Shown in pieces: positions 52,368 through 64,000 of a stretch of DNA of 64,000 bases. The DNA comes from Octopus sinensis. Lineage: Eukaryota. The stretch is from positions 22,754,001 through 22,818,000 of the forward strand of contig NC_042999.1 of NCBI RefSeq assembly GCF_006345805.1, given 5' to 3'. The notes under the pieces were generated by a model. It saw only the letters and a program-made list of their open reading frames with translations. It was not told the origin of the DNA and made no database searches. Each line of letters starts with the position of its first letter. The stretch's first letter is position 1. The translations under genes were made by a program, and so were the position numbers.

Positions 52368-52869
52368 TATAATTAGGGTTCAGCAAAGATTTGCTTTACC
52401 ACATACCGAAGTTTAGAAATAGCAGCCAAAACACCTTAGCTATTTGTTCTACTTTAAAAAGGGACTCCCAGAAAAACCAAAATACTTGAAAACAATCCAC
52501 ACAGGCAGAGAGGAAAAATAACGAAAATCAATCAATATCTGGTCACCCATGTACGCACGTTTCGGAATTAGATCGGTATAAAGAATATAGAAATTATACT
52601 TTACCAACCATTTTTTTCATCACCATGGGACTCCAACAATATTAAATATTGAAATATTAAATTCGAAGGCACTGGAATAATTGAACATATCTCTCCACCT
52701 AACGGTATCGGACAGATCATATTCAGTGTTAGTACCGCCGAATTCAAAATATGAATGAGGTTCATCACCTTCCCCTGCCCATCTGCGTGTGCCGTCAAGT
52801 AAAATACTACAGAAAAAATCTGTAGTTTGTTATCAGGGAGAATATATATATATATATTGTGTTTCTCCC

Positions 52870-53180
52870 GACCTGTACCGCCTGAAAACCGGTGTTGGTT
52901 TGTTAACGTCTCGTAAACTATAGGTTCAGCAAAATAAGCCATAAAATAAGCACCAGTGGTGGGAACAGCCACAGGCACGAACATAAACCCCTCCCACCCA
53001 CATGCACACACATATACGATGGGATTCTTTCAGTTTCTGCCTACTAAATCCACTCACAAGGATTTGGTCGGCCCGAAGCTATAGTAGAAGACACTTTCCC
53101 AAGGTGCCACGTAATGGGACTGAACCCGGAATCATGTGGTTGGTAAGTAAGCTACTTACCACACATTCACTCCTACGCTT
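52870..53180 (-). mobile_element. SINE family B, partial
   Basis: ..aaatccactcacaagg..gggactgaacccggaatcatgtggttggtaag..actcctacgc. Confidence 0.85.
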
Positions 53181-53367
53181 ATCACAGCCACTCCATGCTT
53201 GGATCTATAGCATCAACTAACCCACTTCTTTCAAAAGTGTTGGCCTTATGCCTAAATCATCATCATCATCACCATTATCACCTACACCATCATCGTAGTC
53301 ATCATCATCACCACCAACACGACGACGACGACGACCACCACCACCACCACCACTACTACTACTACTT

Positions 53368-53413
<46 letters not shown>

Positions 53414-53809
53414 AGAAGAAAATGGTTATACTTCATTGAGGTGGTTTTATAGTACCGAAAGATGCTTCCTTTAGATTTCATCAGCGACCTTTATAGACAA
53501 TATCCGATCTTATTCGTGTCATCTTCATTTTTCAGATTTTTCAGTACGCTCGCCTTCTTAGAGTTAACTCTCATGTTTGTTGTTTCTGACTTTAAACACC
53601 ATTAGAGAGAATTTTTGTTTATTAATTGTATGGTTAACCACAGTTGATCTAAGACTTTTCAATCCATTGTGTTATATGTGAAAAGCCTTGCCGTATGTAT
53701 TTTTCTGAAAATACTTTGGTCTTCTGGACTACTCAACCCCAATCCACATTGATAGCAATCATAATCCACGTCGCTACTTGCCCTCCATTTGCACATACAT
53801 ACACACACA

Positions 53810-53850
<41 letters not shown>

Positions 53851-53972
53851 AGAACGAGATGGACGCTTCATTTTTATGCTGTTGCCGCATTATGTCGTAT
53901 GCGAATGAGAGGATTTGCATCCCCAACCAAGAATTTTTGATGTAATACATGTCCTTGTGGAAATTGGTGTGC

Positions 53973-54050
53973 GCGGCTGAGGAAGGCCACAGACATACAT
54001 TATGCATTGTTATAAATCCGTCTAATAAAGGCCCGAAACATATGTACCGC
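53973..54050 (+). ncRNA. Type I hammerhead ribozyme motif with long loop II
   Basis: GCGG CTGAGGA a GGCC [41 nt] GGCC c GAA AC atat GT A CCGC; sits in a ~240-bp insert (53844-54084) flanked by (TA)n. Confidence 0.7.
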
Positions 54051-54854
54051 TGAATCCTTGGCATCGTGTTTTTATTTTGATTAATATATATATATATATA
54101 TAGATCATCTATAAGTTTTATTAATCTAGTAAAATATGCTTCACTGAGGAGGGATTAAAAACGAAACAAATGTGTCACTTACACCAGTGGGTTCTAAAAA
54201 CGAGATCTACTTTTATCCGCAACGTCTTCGCCTTTCAAAAACATTAATTCGTTGGTCTTAATAGAGTCACCTCCTCTGCAGGTTTTCAATTTTAAACATA
54301 TTTAGATGGGGTTTTTGTCAACAAATTTCTTAGATAATCTCAGCTAGTCGAAGATTATTCCATTTCTCTATCTTACATATGTAGGAACCTAGTGTAAGTG
54401 TATTTAGTATACAGACTGCTCCCACTACCACTACCTCCACTCTTTAGATATTTCTCTCGATCAGATTGTAGATGAAATATAAAGTCAACTTTGATTGCAT
54501 TTTCATTCTTCGTTAAAACGTATACTCGGTTACTTTTTTTTTTACACATCTGTTGATTTTGTTACCGTCTAAGAAAGAACGTGCGCTAAGTGCTGTGCAG
54601 ATTTGTTTTTGTTTTTTTTTTTTTACCTAAGTCTACTTATTGTCGATTTTACAATAACAAACAAAAACAAATAGAGAGTGGGAGAATAAAACAGCATAAA
54701 TAAACAGCTAAATAAATATACAGACAAATAATTCGAAAAGCAAAAACAAAACAGAATTTGGTAATGCATGTCAATGCTTTTATGCGCTATACATTTCTTT
54801 ATAAACGTCGAATGAGCATTTGAATACAATGTATTAGTTACAAAATTATTGATG

Positions 54855-54855
54855 C

Positions 54856-54918
<63 letters not shown>

Positions 54919-54989
54919 CATTATTATTATCATTATTATTATTATAATTATTATCATTATTATTATTATCATCATCATTATTATTATTA

Positions 54990-55020
<31 letters not shown>

Positions 55021-55172
55021 CATCATCATCATCATCATCATTATTATTATTATTATTCAGTAGTTTTATTTTTATAGCGTGCTTTCACTTCACTACCGAG
55101 CGCAGCTCTGTGTGCCTTGGGTATGTGCTGTGATTTGTTGTGATGCTCTGATGGTTATCATTATTATTATTA

Positions 55173-55204
<32 letters not shown>

Positions 55205-55269
55205 TATATTATTATTATTATTATTATTATCATTATTATTGTTATATTACTACATTATTATTATTATTA

Positions 55270-55362
<93 letters not shown>
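54855..55362. repeat. (TTA/TCA)n microsatellite containing a Dong 3' fragment
   Basis: Triplet array on both sides of 55057-55158. Confidence 0.95.
55057..55158 (-). mobile_element. 5'-truncated copy (3' 102 nt) of the Dong-type element
   Basis: Identical by eye to 31861-31962; embedded in (TTA)n. Confidence 0.92.
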
Positions 55363-55814
55363 TTGAGTAATTCATTCGGAATGGTATGGTATTCAAAAGA
55401 TATTATTTATAGCTAACCAATTTTTTTGCGTGTGTGTGTATGTGTGAGTACTTATTATGTGTGAGGATCTATCACTTAACTTCAGTGCCTGAAGTATCAT
55501 TCTAAATTTACGACACAGGCAGACGAACACCGCACATTTTTATAACAGAGATATTTTCATATCATTGATTCATCTGAAAAGCTTAAACATTTCCATTCCT
55601 TTTCCCTCATCCAAAACATAGTTTATATGACTAGATTGAATCAGTTGTTGCTTCTACGCTGCGATTTCAACTTCATACTGATGGAGATATGGTCATGTGA
55701 TTGAGAAGTTTACTTCGCGACCACCTGTTGCGAGTTCTATCTCTCCATTGCAACCAGTATTTCTAAATATCGATAGCTCGATATTTCAATTGATTGATCT
55801 AAATAATATCTGTT

Positions 55815-56045
55815 TCTTTACTACCCACAAAGGGCTAAACACAGAGGGGACAAACAAGGACAGACAAACGGAATAAGCCGATTATATCGACCCCAGTGTG
55901 TAACTGGTACTTAATTTATCGACCCCGAAAGGATGAAAGGCAAAGTCGACCTCGGCAGAAATTTGAACTCAGAACGTAACAGCAGCCGAAATACCACTAG
56001 GCATTCCGGCCGGCGTGCTAACGATTCTGCCAGCTCGCCGCCTTA
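55815..56045 (-). mobile_element. SINE family A, monomer
   Basis: tttctttactacccacaaaggg to gccagctcgccgcct. Confidence 0.9.
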
Positions 56046-56072
56046 TGATCTAAATAATATCATTGTTGCATA

Positions 56073-56142
56073 TATTGCGTTGCCCGGAAAGTTCGTGCCG
56101 ATTTATAGTAGCTTACATTTCGACTTATTTCAGAACATGGTT
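56073..56142 (+). mobile_element. Mariner 5' TIR fragment
   Basis: tattgcgttgcccggaaagttcgtgccgatttatagtagcttac..cagaacatggtt matches the 5' end of the 42772-43337 element. Confidence 0.8.
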
Positions 56143-56452
56143 ACGACGAAGAGCCATCCGGTTGATTCGATCAACAGAACAGCCTGCGCGAGAAATTAAC
56201 GTGCGAGTGGCCGAGTACTCTACCGACACGCGTACCCTGAACGTAGTTTTCAGGGATATTCAGCGTGACACAGGATGTAACAAAACCAGCCCTTTGAATT
56301 ACTGGTACAAATAAATTTTGCCAGATGAGTGGAGTGTAACAACGTGAAATAAAATGTCTTGCTCAAGTTTGCAAACGCGCTGTCAGGAATTGAACTCGCG
56401 ACTTTACAATCGTGAGCCGAATACCCTAATCACAAAGCCACACGCCTTCACA
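56143..56452 (-). mobile_element. SINE family E
   Basis: Head ctgtgaaggcgtgtggc..ggtattcggctcacgattgtaaagtcgcgagttcaattcc, family C1-type tail. Confidence 0.8.
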
Positions 56453-56480
56453 GCCCATTACGTACCGATTCAAAAAAATA

Positions 56481-56549
<69 letters not shown>

Positions 56550-56577
56550 AAGGGACATTGGTATTAAACAAGTGTTA

Positions 56578-56810
56578 AGGCGGCGAGCTGGCAGAATCGG
56601 TAGCACGCCGGGCGAAATGCTTAGCAGTATTTCGTCTGCTACGTTCTGAGTTCAAATTCCGCCGAGGTCGACTTTGCCTTTCATCCTTTCGGGGTCGATA
56701 AATTAAGTACCAGTTACGCACTGGGGTCGATATAATCGACTTAATCCTTTTCTCTGTCCTTGTTTGTCCCCTCTGTGTTTAGCCCCTTGTGGGTAGTAAA
56801 GAAACAGGTA
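56578..56810 (+). mobile_element. SINE family A, monomer
   Basis: aggcggcgagctggcagaatcg to gtagtaaagaaacagg. Confidence 0.9.
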
Positions 56811-57147
56811 ATAAACAAGTGTACTGTGTTTGTGTTATCACATAGCAAATAAGCCTGGGATTGCTAGCCAAGCCAACCGATTGATCTCTACCAAACGTGG
56901 AGAACTTTCTCAGAACACTACTTCCATCGTGCAACAGATGATGTGATTGCCTTCTTGGCTGGAGGGCAGCTTTGACTTACTTCGTTAGAAAAACTACATT
57001 TGTTAAGATATCCTATCGCTTAATACTGTTTCCAATTCTCTTGGATCTTAAAAGAATATGATATGGAAATAGCTTTCAACTTTGCGACTGCTGTTTGTGC
57101 GATTATTGCATGCGTGTTATTGTGTGTGTGTGTGTGTGCGTGTGTGC

Positions 57148-57182
<35 letters not shown>

Positions 57183-57369
57183 CGCTCGTGTTTGCACTGA
57201 ATCTCTCATGTCCTTCTAATACGTATCGATGTACGTGAGCGTGTATACGTGCTTCTATGTATGTGTGTGTATTTCTATTTCTAGATATATGCATGTATGT
57301 GTGTGTATGCATGTATACAAATGCGGCTATGTTTGTATATATGCATATATATGCATGTATGTACGACTG

Positions 57370-57419
<50 letters not shown>

Positions 57420-57491
57420 CATACATGTATATTTGTATGCAGGTATATTGTATGGAAGTGGGTATCTGTATGCATACATACATACACACAC

Positions 57492-57532
<41 letters not shown>

Positions 57533-57840
57533 ACACACACACACACACAGGTATACAATTTCCAAAAGAGATCTTAATAGTTTCATGCTTTAGCGATACA
57601 ATAATTTAGCAGATTTATTTAACATGCCATATATCTCTAAGCAATCTTTCAGGCTCAGTGCTTCCGTTACATATAGCCTGTCGTGATCTATATAAGAGAT
57701 CTTACTCTAGATATTGGTCAAAATAACTTAAACTCATCTTCTGAAAGCAGAAACAAAGCCTCTGTAACTTTAGAAGTAGATCACTTATTTTTTTTCCTTG
57801 CTCTTTTGTGACAGCTTTTGGTAGCGCGGTACTTATTTCT

Positions 57841-58223
57841 GTGGAGGTGCAATTGCCAAGTGGTTAGGGCAGCGGACTCGCGGTCGTAGGATCGCGGTTT
57901 CGATTCCCAGACCGGGCGTTGTGAGTGTTTATTGAGCGAAAACACCTAAAGCTCCACGAGGCTCCTGCAGGGATGGTGGTGATCCCTGCTGTACTCTTTC
58001 ACCACAACTTTCTCTCACTCTTACTTCCTGTTTCTGTTGTACCTGTATTTCAAAGGGCCGGCCTTGTCACTCTCTGTGTCACGCTGAATATCCCCGAGAA
58101 CTACGTTAAGGGTACACGTGTCTGTGGAGTGCTCAGCCACTTAAACGTTAATTTCACGAGCAGGCTGTTCCGTTGATTCGGATCAACCGGAACCCTCATC
58201 GTCGTAACCGACGGAGTGCTTCC
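57841..58223 (+). mobile_element. SINE family C variant 1, full length
   Basis: gtggaggtgcaattgccaagtgg to gacggagtgcttcc; TSD acttatttct on both sides. Confidence 0.92.
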
Positions 58224-59069
58224 ACACCACTTATTTCTGTTATGTGGTGCTGCCAAAAGGAATTTATCTTTTAGTTAGTTGGTCCATATCTAAACGTTTA
58301 TCCGCTGTCAGTGACACTAGCTAAAGACGAAGTTAAAGTCGCTGGCATAAAACGTTACCCCCAAATTTTTCGTTTGGCAAAATATATATTACCGTTATTT
58401 CTGTCGTTTCCAAAATTCCAAAAGCCTCGCTAGAATATTCTTCATAGGAATGTCTAAAAATTCAAATACGTTATCTCTAAAGCTAGCTTTGACTTACGCA
58501 AATTTCCGTCTCTTTAAAAACTTTTTCGTATTCAGTATACAATTCATTTGGTTCGGTCTTATCACCAAACTAACTGGAACCGTAAGCAAGTAAAAAGTTT
58601 CATTAATGATTTCCTTATGGTAATTTTATTTGCCTTGTTTTGTTGTTGTAACGAAATTTGAAGTGCCGTAGGCTAAAGCGAATAATCTCTTTCGTTGCTT
58701 ACGTAGCTAAGATTATGCCTTTTAACAGTTAGCTGTCGTTAACATTTATCCATAAATCTACATTAAGTTTGTTTTCCTTCATGAAAACCAAACACATTAT
58801 ACATCCGAAATGTGTTTTCAGAAGTAAAGATATCCTGTCAAAAATCACAGTTAACAATATAAATTTTAAATGTGTTTATTTGGATCTCGTATATATTTAA
58901 ATTTCTGCTTAGATGCATCAATCAGTTGCAGAAAAAATAAAAACTGATATGGAAGCAATTGTTTCTGTCGATCCAAATTTGAGAAACCTTACATCAGTGA
59001 GCATTTATGTCAGTGAATAGTAGAGTGATATATTGCATTATACTTACAGAAGTGATGTATGAATATATA

Positions 59070-59076
59070 TATATGT

Positions 59077-59124
<48 letters not shown>

Positions 59125-59833
59125 ATGTATGTATGTATGTATGTATGTATGTATGTATGTGTATATATATATATGTATATATGTATGTGTGTCTGTATGT
59201 ATGTAGGTAGGTATGTATGTATGTGTGTATGCTTGTATGTGTGTGTGTATGTGTGTACGTATGTATGTGTGTGTATGTATGTATGAATGTATGTGTGTAT
59301 GTATGCGTGTGTATGTATGTATGTATGAATGTGCGTGTATGTATGTATGTATGTATGCGTGTGTATATGTATGTATGTGTATGTATGTGTATGTATGTGT
59401 GTATATGTATGTGTTTGTGTATGTATGAATGTGTATGTATGTGTGTATGTATGTATGCGTGTATATGTATGTATGTATGTGTGTGTATGTATGTATGTAT
59501 GTGTGTGTATGTATGTATGTATGTATGTGTGTATGTATGTATGTATGTATGTGTGTATGTGTGTATGTATGTATGTATGATGTATGTATGTATGTGTGTA
59601 TGTGTGTGTGTATGTATATGTGTGTATGTATATGTGTGTGTATGTATATGTGTATGCATGTGTGTATGTATGTATGTATGTATGCATGTGTGTGTATGTA
59701 TGTATGTATGTATGCATGTGTGTATATGTCTGTATGTATGTATTCATGTGTGTGTATGTATGCATGCATACATGCATGTGTGTATGTATGTGTGTGTATC
59801 ATGCATGTATGTATGTATGTTTGTATGTATGTA

Positions 59834-59872
<39 letters not shown>
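59070..59872. repeat. (TATG/TG)n compound microsatellite
   Basis: About 800 bp of TATG and TG units. Confidence 0.95.
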
Positions 59873-59873
<1 letters not shown>

Positions 59874-60753
59874 AGCGTATAACTATGAGAGACTATTAGG
59901 ATGAGTGTATGTGTACATAAATATCTATACATTAATTGCTTGGATAGCTGGTTGAATTGATGAATAAAACTACGTTTCTTGCTGTGTGTAGATGTAATTG
60001 AACAACACCAGCGAACATTTAACAGATTTTATTATCACGCATAAGCAGAACTGCAATAATTACATACTAGGAGATATACACTGCTTTGAGTTTAGAATAA
60101 GCTATTAATGCAACAATATGCGGCCTGCCCAACATGATTGGAATCAATTGGGTTCTATTCGTGACCATCGAGGTCTCTGCCATCTATCTGCACCATGTGT
60201 TTTAGCCGACATCCTGGGTCGTCTGGCTGGTAAAAATATGCGCCGTCTGGTGACACATATCGCTCAGCTGTTTCAACATTCTGCAATTAATTTCTGCGGA
60301 AAGTGGTCTTTTATAGAGTACAAGGAGAAGGTTCTAGACGATTCAACTACGCGATGGTTTGACGTCATTTTTTTGCTAAATAGACCGATCACGTGAAACT
60401 ATTGTGTTTTGTTCGTGGTGACTGGTCCCACACCACCACACACCACCATACCACACCACATCATACCACGCCGCACACACTAGCACTGACCACTTTCCAG
60501 AAGCTACACCATCATCCATACACCTACACGTGCACACACGCACACGTCAATGTCACCATCCCCCTTCCACACGCATGCACACGTACATACACGATCTCAC
60601 ATATATATGCACGCGCACCTTTGTTTTGGGATCACCATTACTTTATTATCTCCCCTTCTTCCTAGCTCTCATGTGTGACCCCTCAGTCCGATATTCGCCA
60701 TGATAGATCACCAGTCACTATACCCTTTTCTATTTTCTGTAGAAAATAGCAAG

Positions 60754-61313
60754 TTTCTGTAGCAAGTAGATTAAACGTGGATTTCAGTATATTGGCTTTA
60801 GAAAACTTTCTTTAGCCTTTGTTTATGAGATATTTATAATTTTAACCGTAAAGGTTCTTTTAATATACTGCCACAATTCCTGATGGAGTTTTTTTCTGTA
60901 GAGAAAAAGGCTACATCCCTTTTAATAGTAGTAAACCAATTACTACTTGCTGCAGGGGGACTTGTAACCACTACAATATGTAGCGGCGGCAAGTCAACAG
61001 GTTGTTCTGAGACTTAACCTACGAACTTTTATTTTTGGATATAACGGGGTAACTCAGATGTGCTTGTGTTATTCGCTTCCGCTGTTTTCCATGGGCGTGC
61101 GTGAGTATCTCACTTATATTCTCTCGTAAGCTTAACTGAAGAAGAACAAACACTTAGTGTTGATTCCGAAATTGATTCAATATTAAGATAACGAAATTTA
61201 AACGTTCCAAAGGTAGAGTTGCCCGCATTTCAGTTCAACTTTCTGTAGCAAGTAGATTAAACGTGGATTTCATTATATTGGCTTTAGAAAACTTTCTTTA
61301 GCCTTTGCTTATG

Positions 61314-61314
<1 letters not shown>
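60754..61314 (+). mobile_element. Retrozyme-like element 1: 486-bp period, 75-bp terminal direct repeats, one hammerhead
   Basis: 60754-60828 repeated at 61240-61314 (2 mismatches); hammerhead at 61131-61187; 3' end runs into (TA)n. Confidence 0.7.
61131..61187 (+). ncRNA. Type I hammerhead ribozyme motif
   Basis: CTTAA CTGAAGA a gaacaAACAC tta GTGTTgattc c GAA ATTG att CAAT A TTAAG: 5-bp stem I, 4-bp stem III, AUA triplet; base of stem II has mismatches. Confidence 0.65.
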
Positions 61315-61363
<49 letters not shown>

Positions 61364-61365
61364 TG

Positions 61366-61450
<85 letters not shown>

Positions 61451-62290
61451 TGGTTAGGATGAAGTATGACAATACAAGCGTATATGAGTGTTATTTTGGA
61501 AGAGGCTTGTGTGTATGTATTGTCACTGGCCGTAGTTGTCTGCAAGTGTGTGTGTGCGTGTGTGTGCGTGTGTGTGCGTGTGTGTGCGCGTGTTTATGGA
61601 GGAGAGTGAGAGAGAAGTGGAGACATAAATATTAAGAATTGAAGAAATGAGATATAATGATATATAATATGAAAAACGATAGAGGCGGGATGGAGAGAGA
61701 GGGAGAGAGAGAAGACGATAGAGAGAGAGCGTAAGAGGAATGAGTTAGAGAGAAAAAAGGAAGGAAAGTCAATGTTCCAGGTATGTAAAAACAGCAAAGA
61801 GCAGGAATACCTACACACACAAACACAAGGGTGGGAGCATGCGTGAAACGGATAAGGAAGCTGCAGGGAAAATGTGTGAATTAATGCAATATCTATGCTT
61901 TGATTTCTCGTTACTCAAAATGCAGACTGCTTCCAATGGAGTAAGGTCAGTTAGTTCTGAGAAGCTAAGAAGTACATTTTTGGAAAATGTTATTGATCTG
62001 AAATGGGGGTTAACAGGGTCTTGTTTATAAATTAATTATCATTTGCATAGCTGCAAAAATATAAAATTGATCATATATAAATGAAAACATATTATATATG
62101 CATATATAAAAAAAACATACATACATAAATACATACATACATATATACATACATACATACATAGATAAATATATATTACGCATACACACACGTATATGTA
62201 TATATAAACATATAAACATATGTAAACATTATTATATACATATTATTATATATATATATATATATAATATATATATATTATATATATGTT

Positions 62291-62321
<31 letters not shown>

Positions 62322-62644
62322 GTGTGTGTGTGTGTATGTGTGTGTATGTATGTGTGTGTTGTGTGTGTGTAATTAGAATTGAAGATATCAAAATGGATAC
62401 CACCATGCTAGATATAGCAGTCAAAACCTGACTATAAGACCACATCATGTATTCATACAGTACAGGTGAAAAGATAACCGAACAAATAAACTAGCAAAAG
62501 TTTATTTGTAGGTAATAGAGTATTCCTCGTTGTGCATCAACTCTCTTACCACACAGCTACACCTGCGCCTATAAGTATGTCTATCTATCCAGCCATCCAC
62601 TCCATCTCTCTCTCTCTCTCTCTTTATATATATATAATCGCCCT

Positions 62645-62775
62645 GATAGATCGCTAGCCACTACACATTTTTTTTATTTTCTCTCCTTGTTTCTTTCTGT
62701 GTTCCGTTCTGTGGAAAAGCGTAGGCTTGAAACGTTAAAGACTTTTTCACTTCCCGAGCGTTAAACTAATACACA
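62645..62775 (+). mobile_element. Family G insert (copy 4), hammerhead-like motif at 62704-62741
   Basis: CTGTGGA a AAGC gtag GCTT GAA AC GT T aaaga (stem II A-U in place of G-C, still paired). Confidence 0.6.
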
Positions 62776-62818
<43 letters not shown>

Positions 62819-62819
62819 A

Positions 62820-63773
<954 letters not shown>

Positions 63774-63852
63774 TGCAGCGTGGAAGGTGTTTGTAAGCCA
63801 TTTAAGAAACACACAAAAGCCGTTCGATTCACTTCAACATTTAAGTTTAATT

Positions 63853-64000
63853 TGTCAAAATATTTTCGTCGCTAAAATACTTTCGTCGCAAAATATTTTC
63901 GTCGCTAAAATCCGCGACCTGTTCACTGACAAAAATCCGTGCTGCACGGATATTTGTCAGTGAACAGGTCGCGGATTTTAGCGACGAAAATATTTTGACA
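63853..64000. mobile_element. Foldback/MITE-like palindrome running to the window edge
   Basis: tgtcaaaatattttcgtcgct.. centre gtgctgcac near 63939-63947 ..agcgacgaaaatattttgaca; left arm has three ~20-bp subrepeats, right arm one. Confidence 0.85.

Noticed and set aside
60118-60396. 92-aa plus-strand ORF with ATG
   Set aside because: No recognisable motif; length compatible with chance.

Overview
Eukaryotic, very AT-rich, microsatellite-dense genomic DNA. The SINE families look like those I associate with octopus (cephalopod) genomes; this is recollection, not a database result. No host protein-coding exon could be supported; most ORFs in the track are microsatellite or SINE artefacts. The window is a repeat landscape: at least 5 tRNA-type SINE families (many with visible TSDs), several MITE/foldback elements, mariner remnants, CR1/HERO/R4-type LINE remnants, a near full-length R4/Dong-type retrotransposon inserted in (TAA)n (31861-35786, minus), a TSD-bounded 2.25-kb ORF1-only retroelement (49888-52138), a 5'-truncated 5S rRNA pseudogene and a ~111-bp minisatellite. 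The most notable signal is nine type I hammerhead-ribozyme-like motifs in small non-coding inserts, mostly abutting (TA)n. Two of them sit in terminally redundant ~486- and ~532-bp units (60754-61314 and 62926-63696) that look like retrozyme / Penelope-dependent elements copied from circular or tandem RNA. A four-copy family carries a fixed A6U change in the catalytic core. All folds and alignments were done by eye; boundaries are approximate unless TSDs are given.
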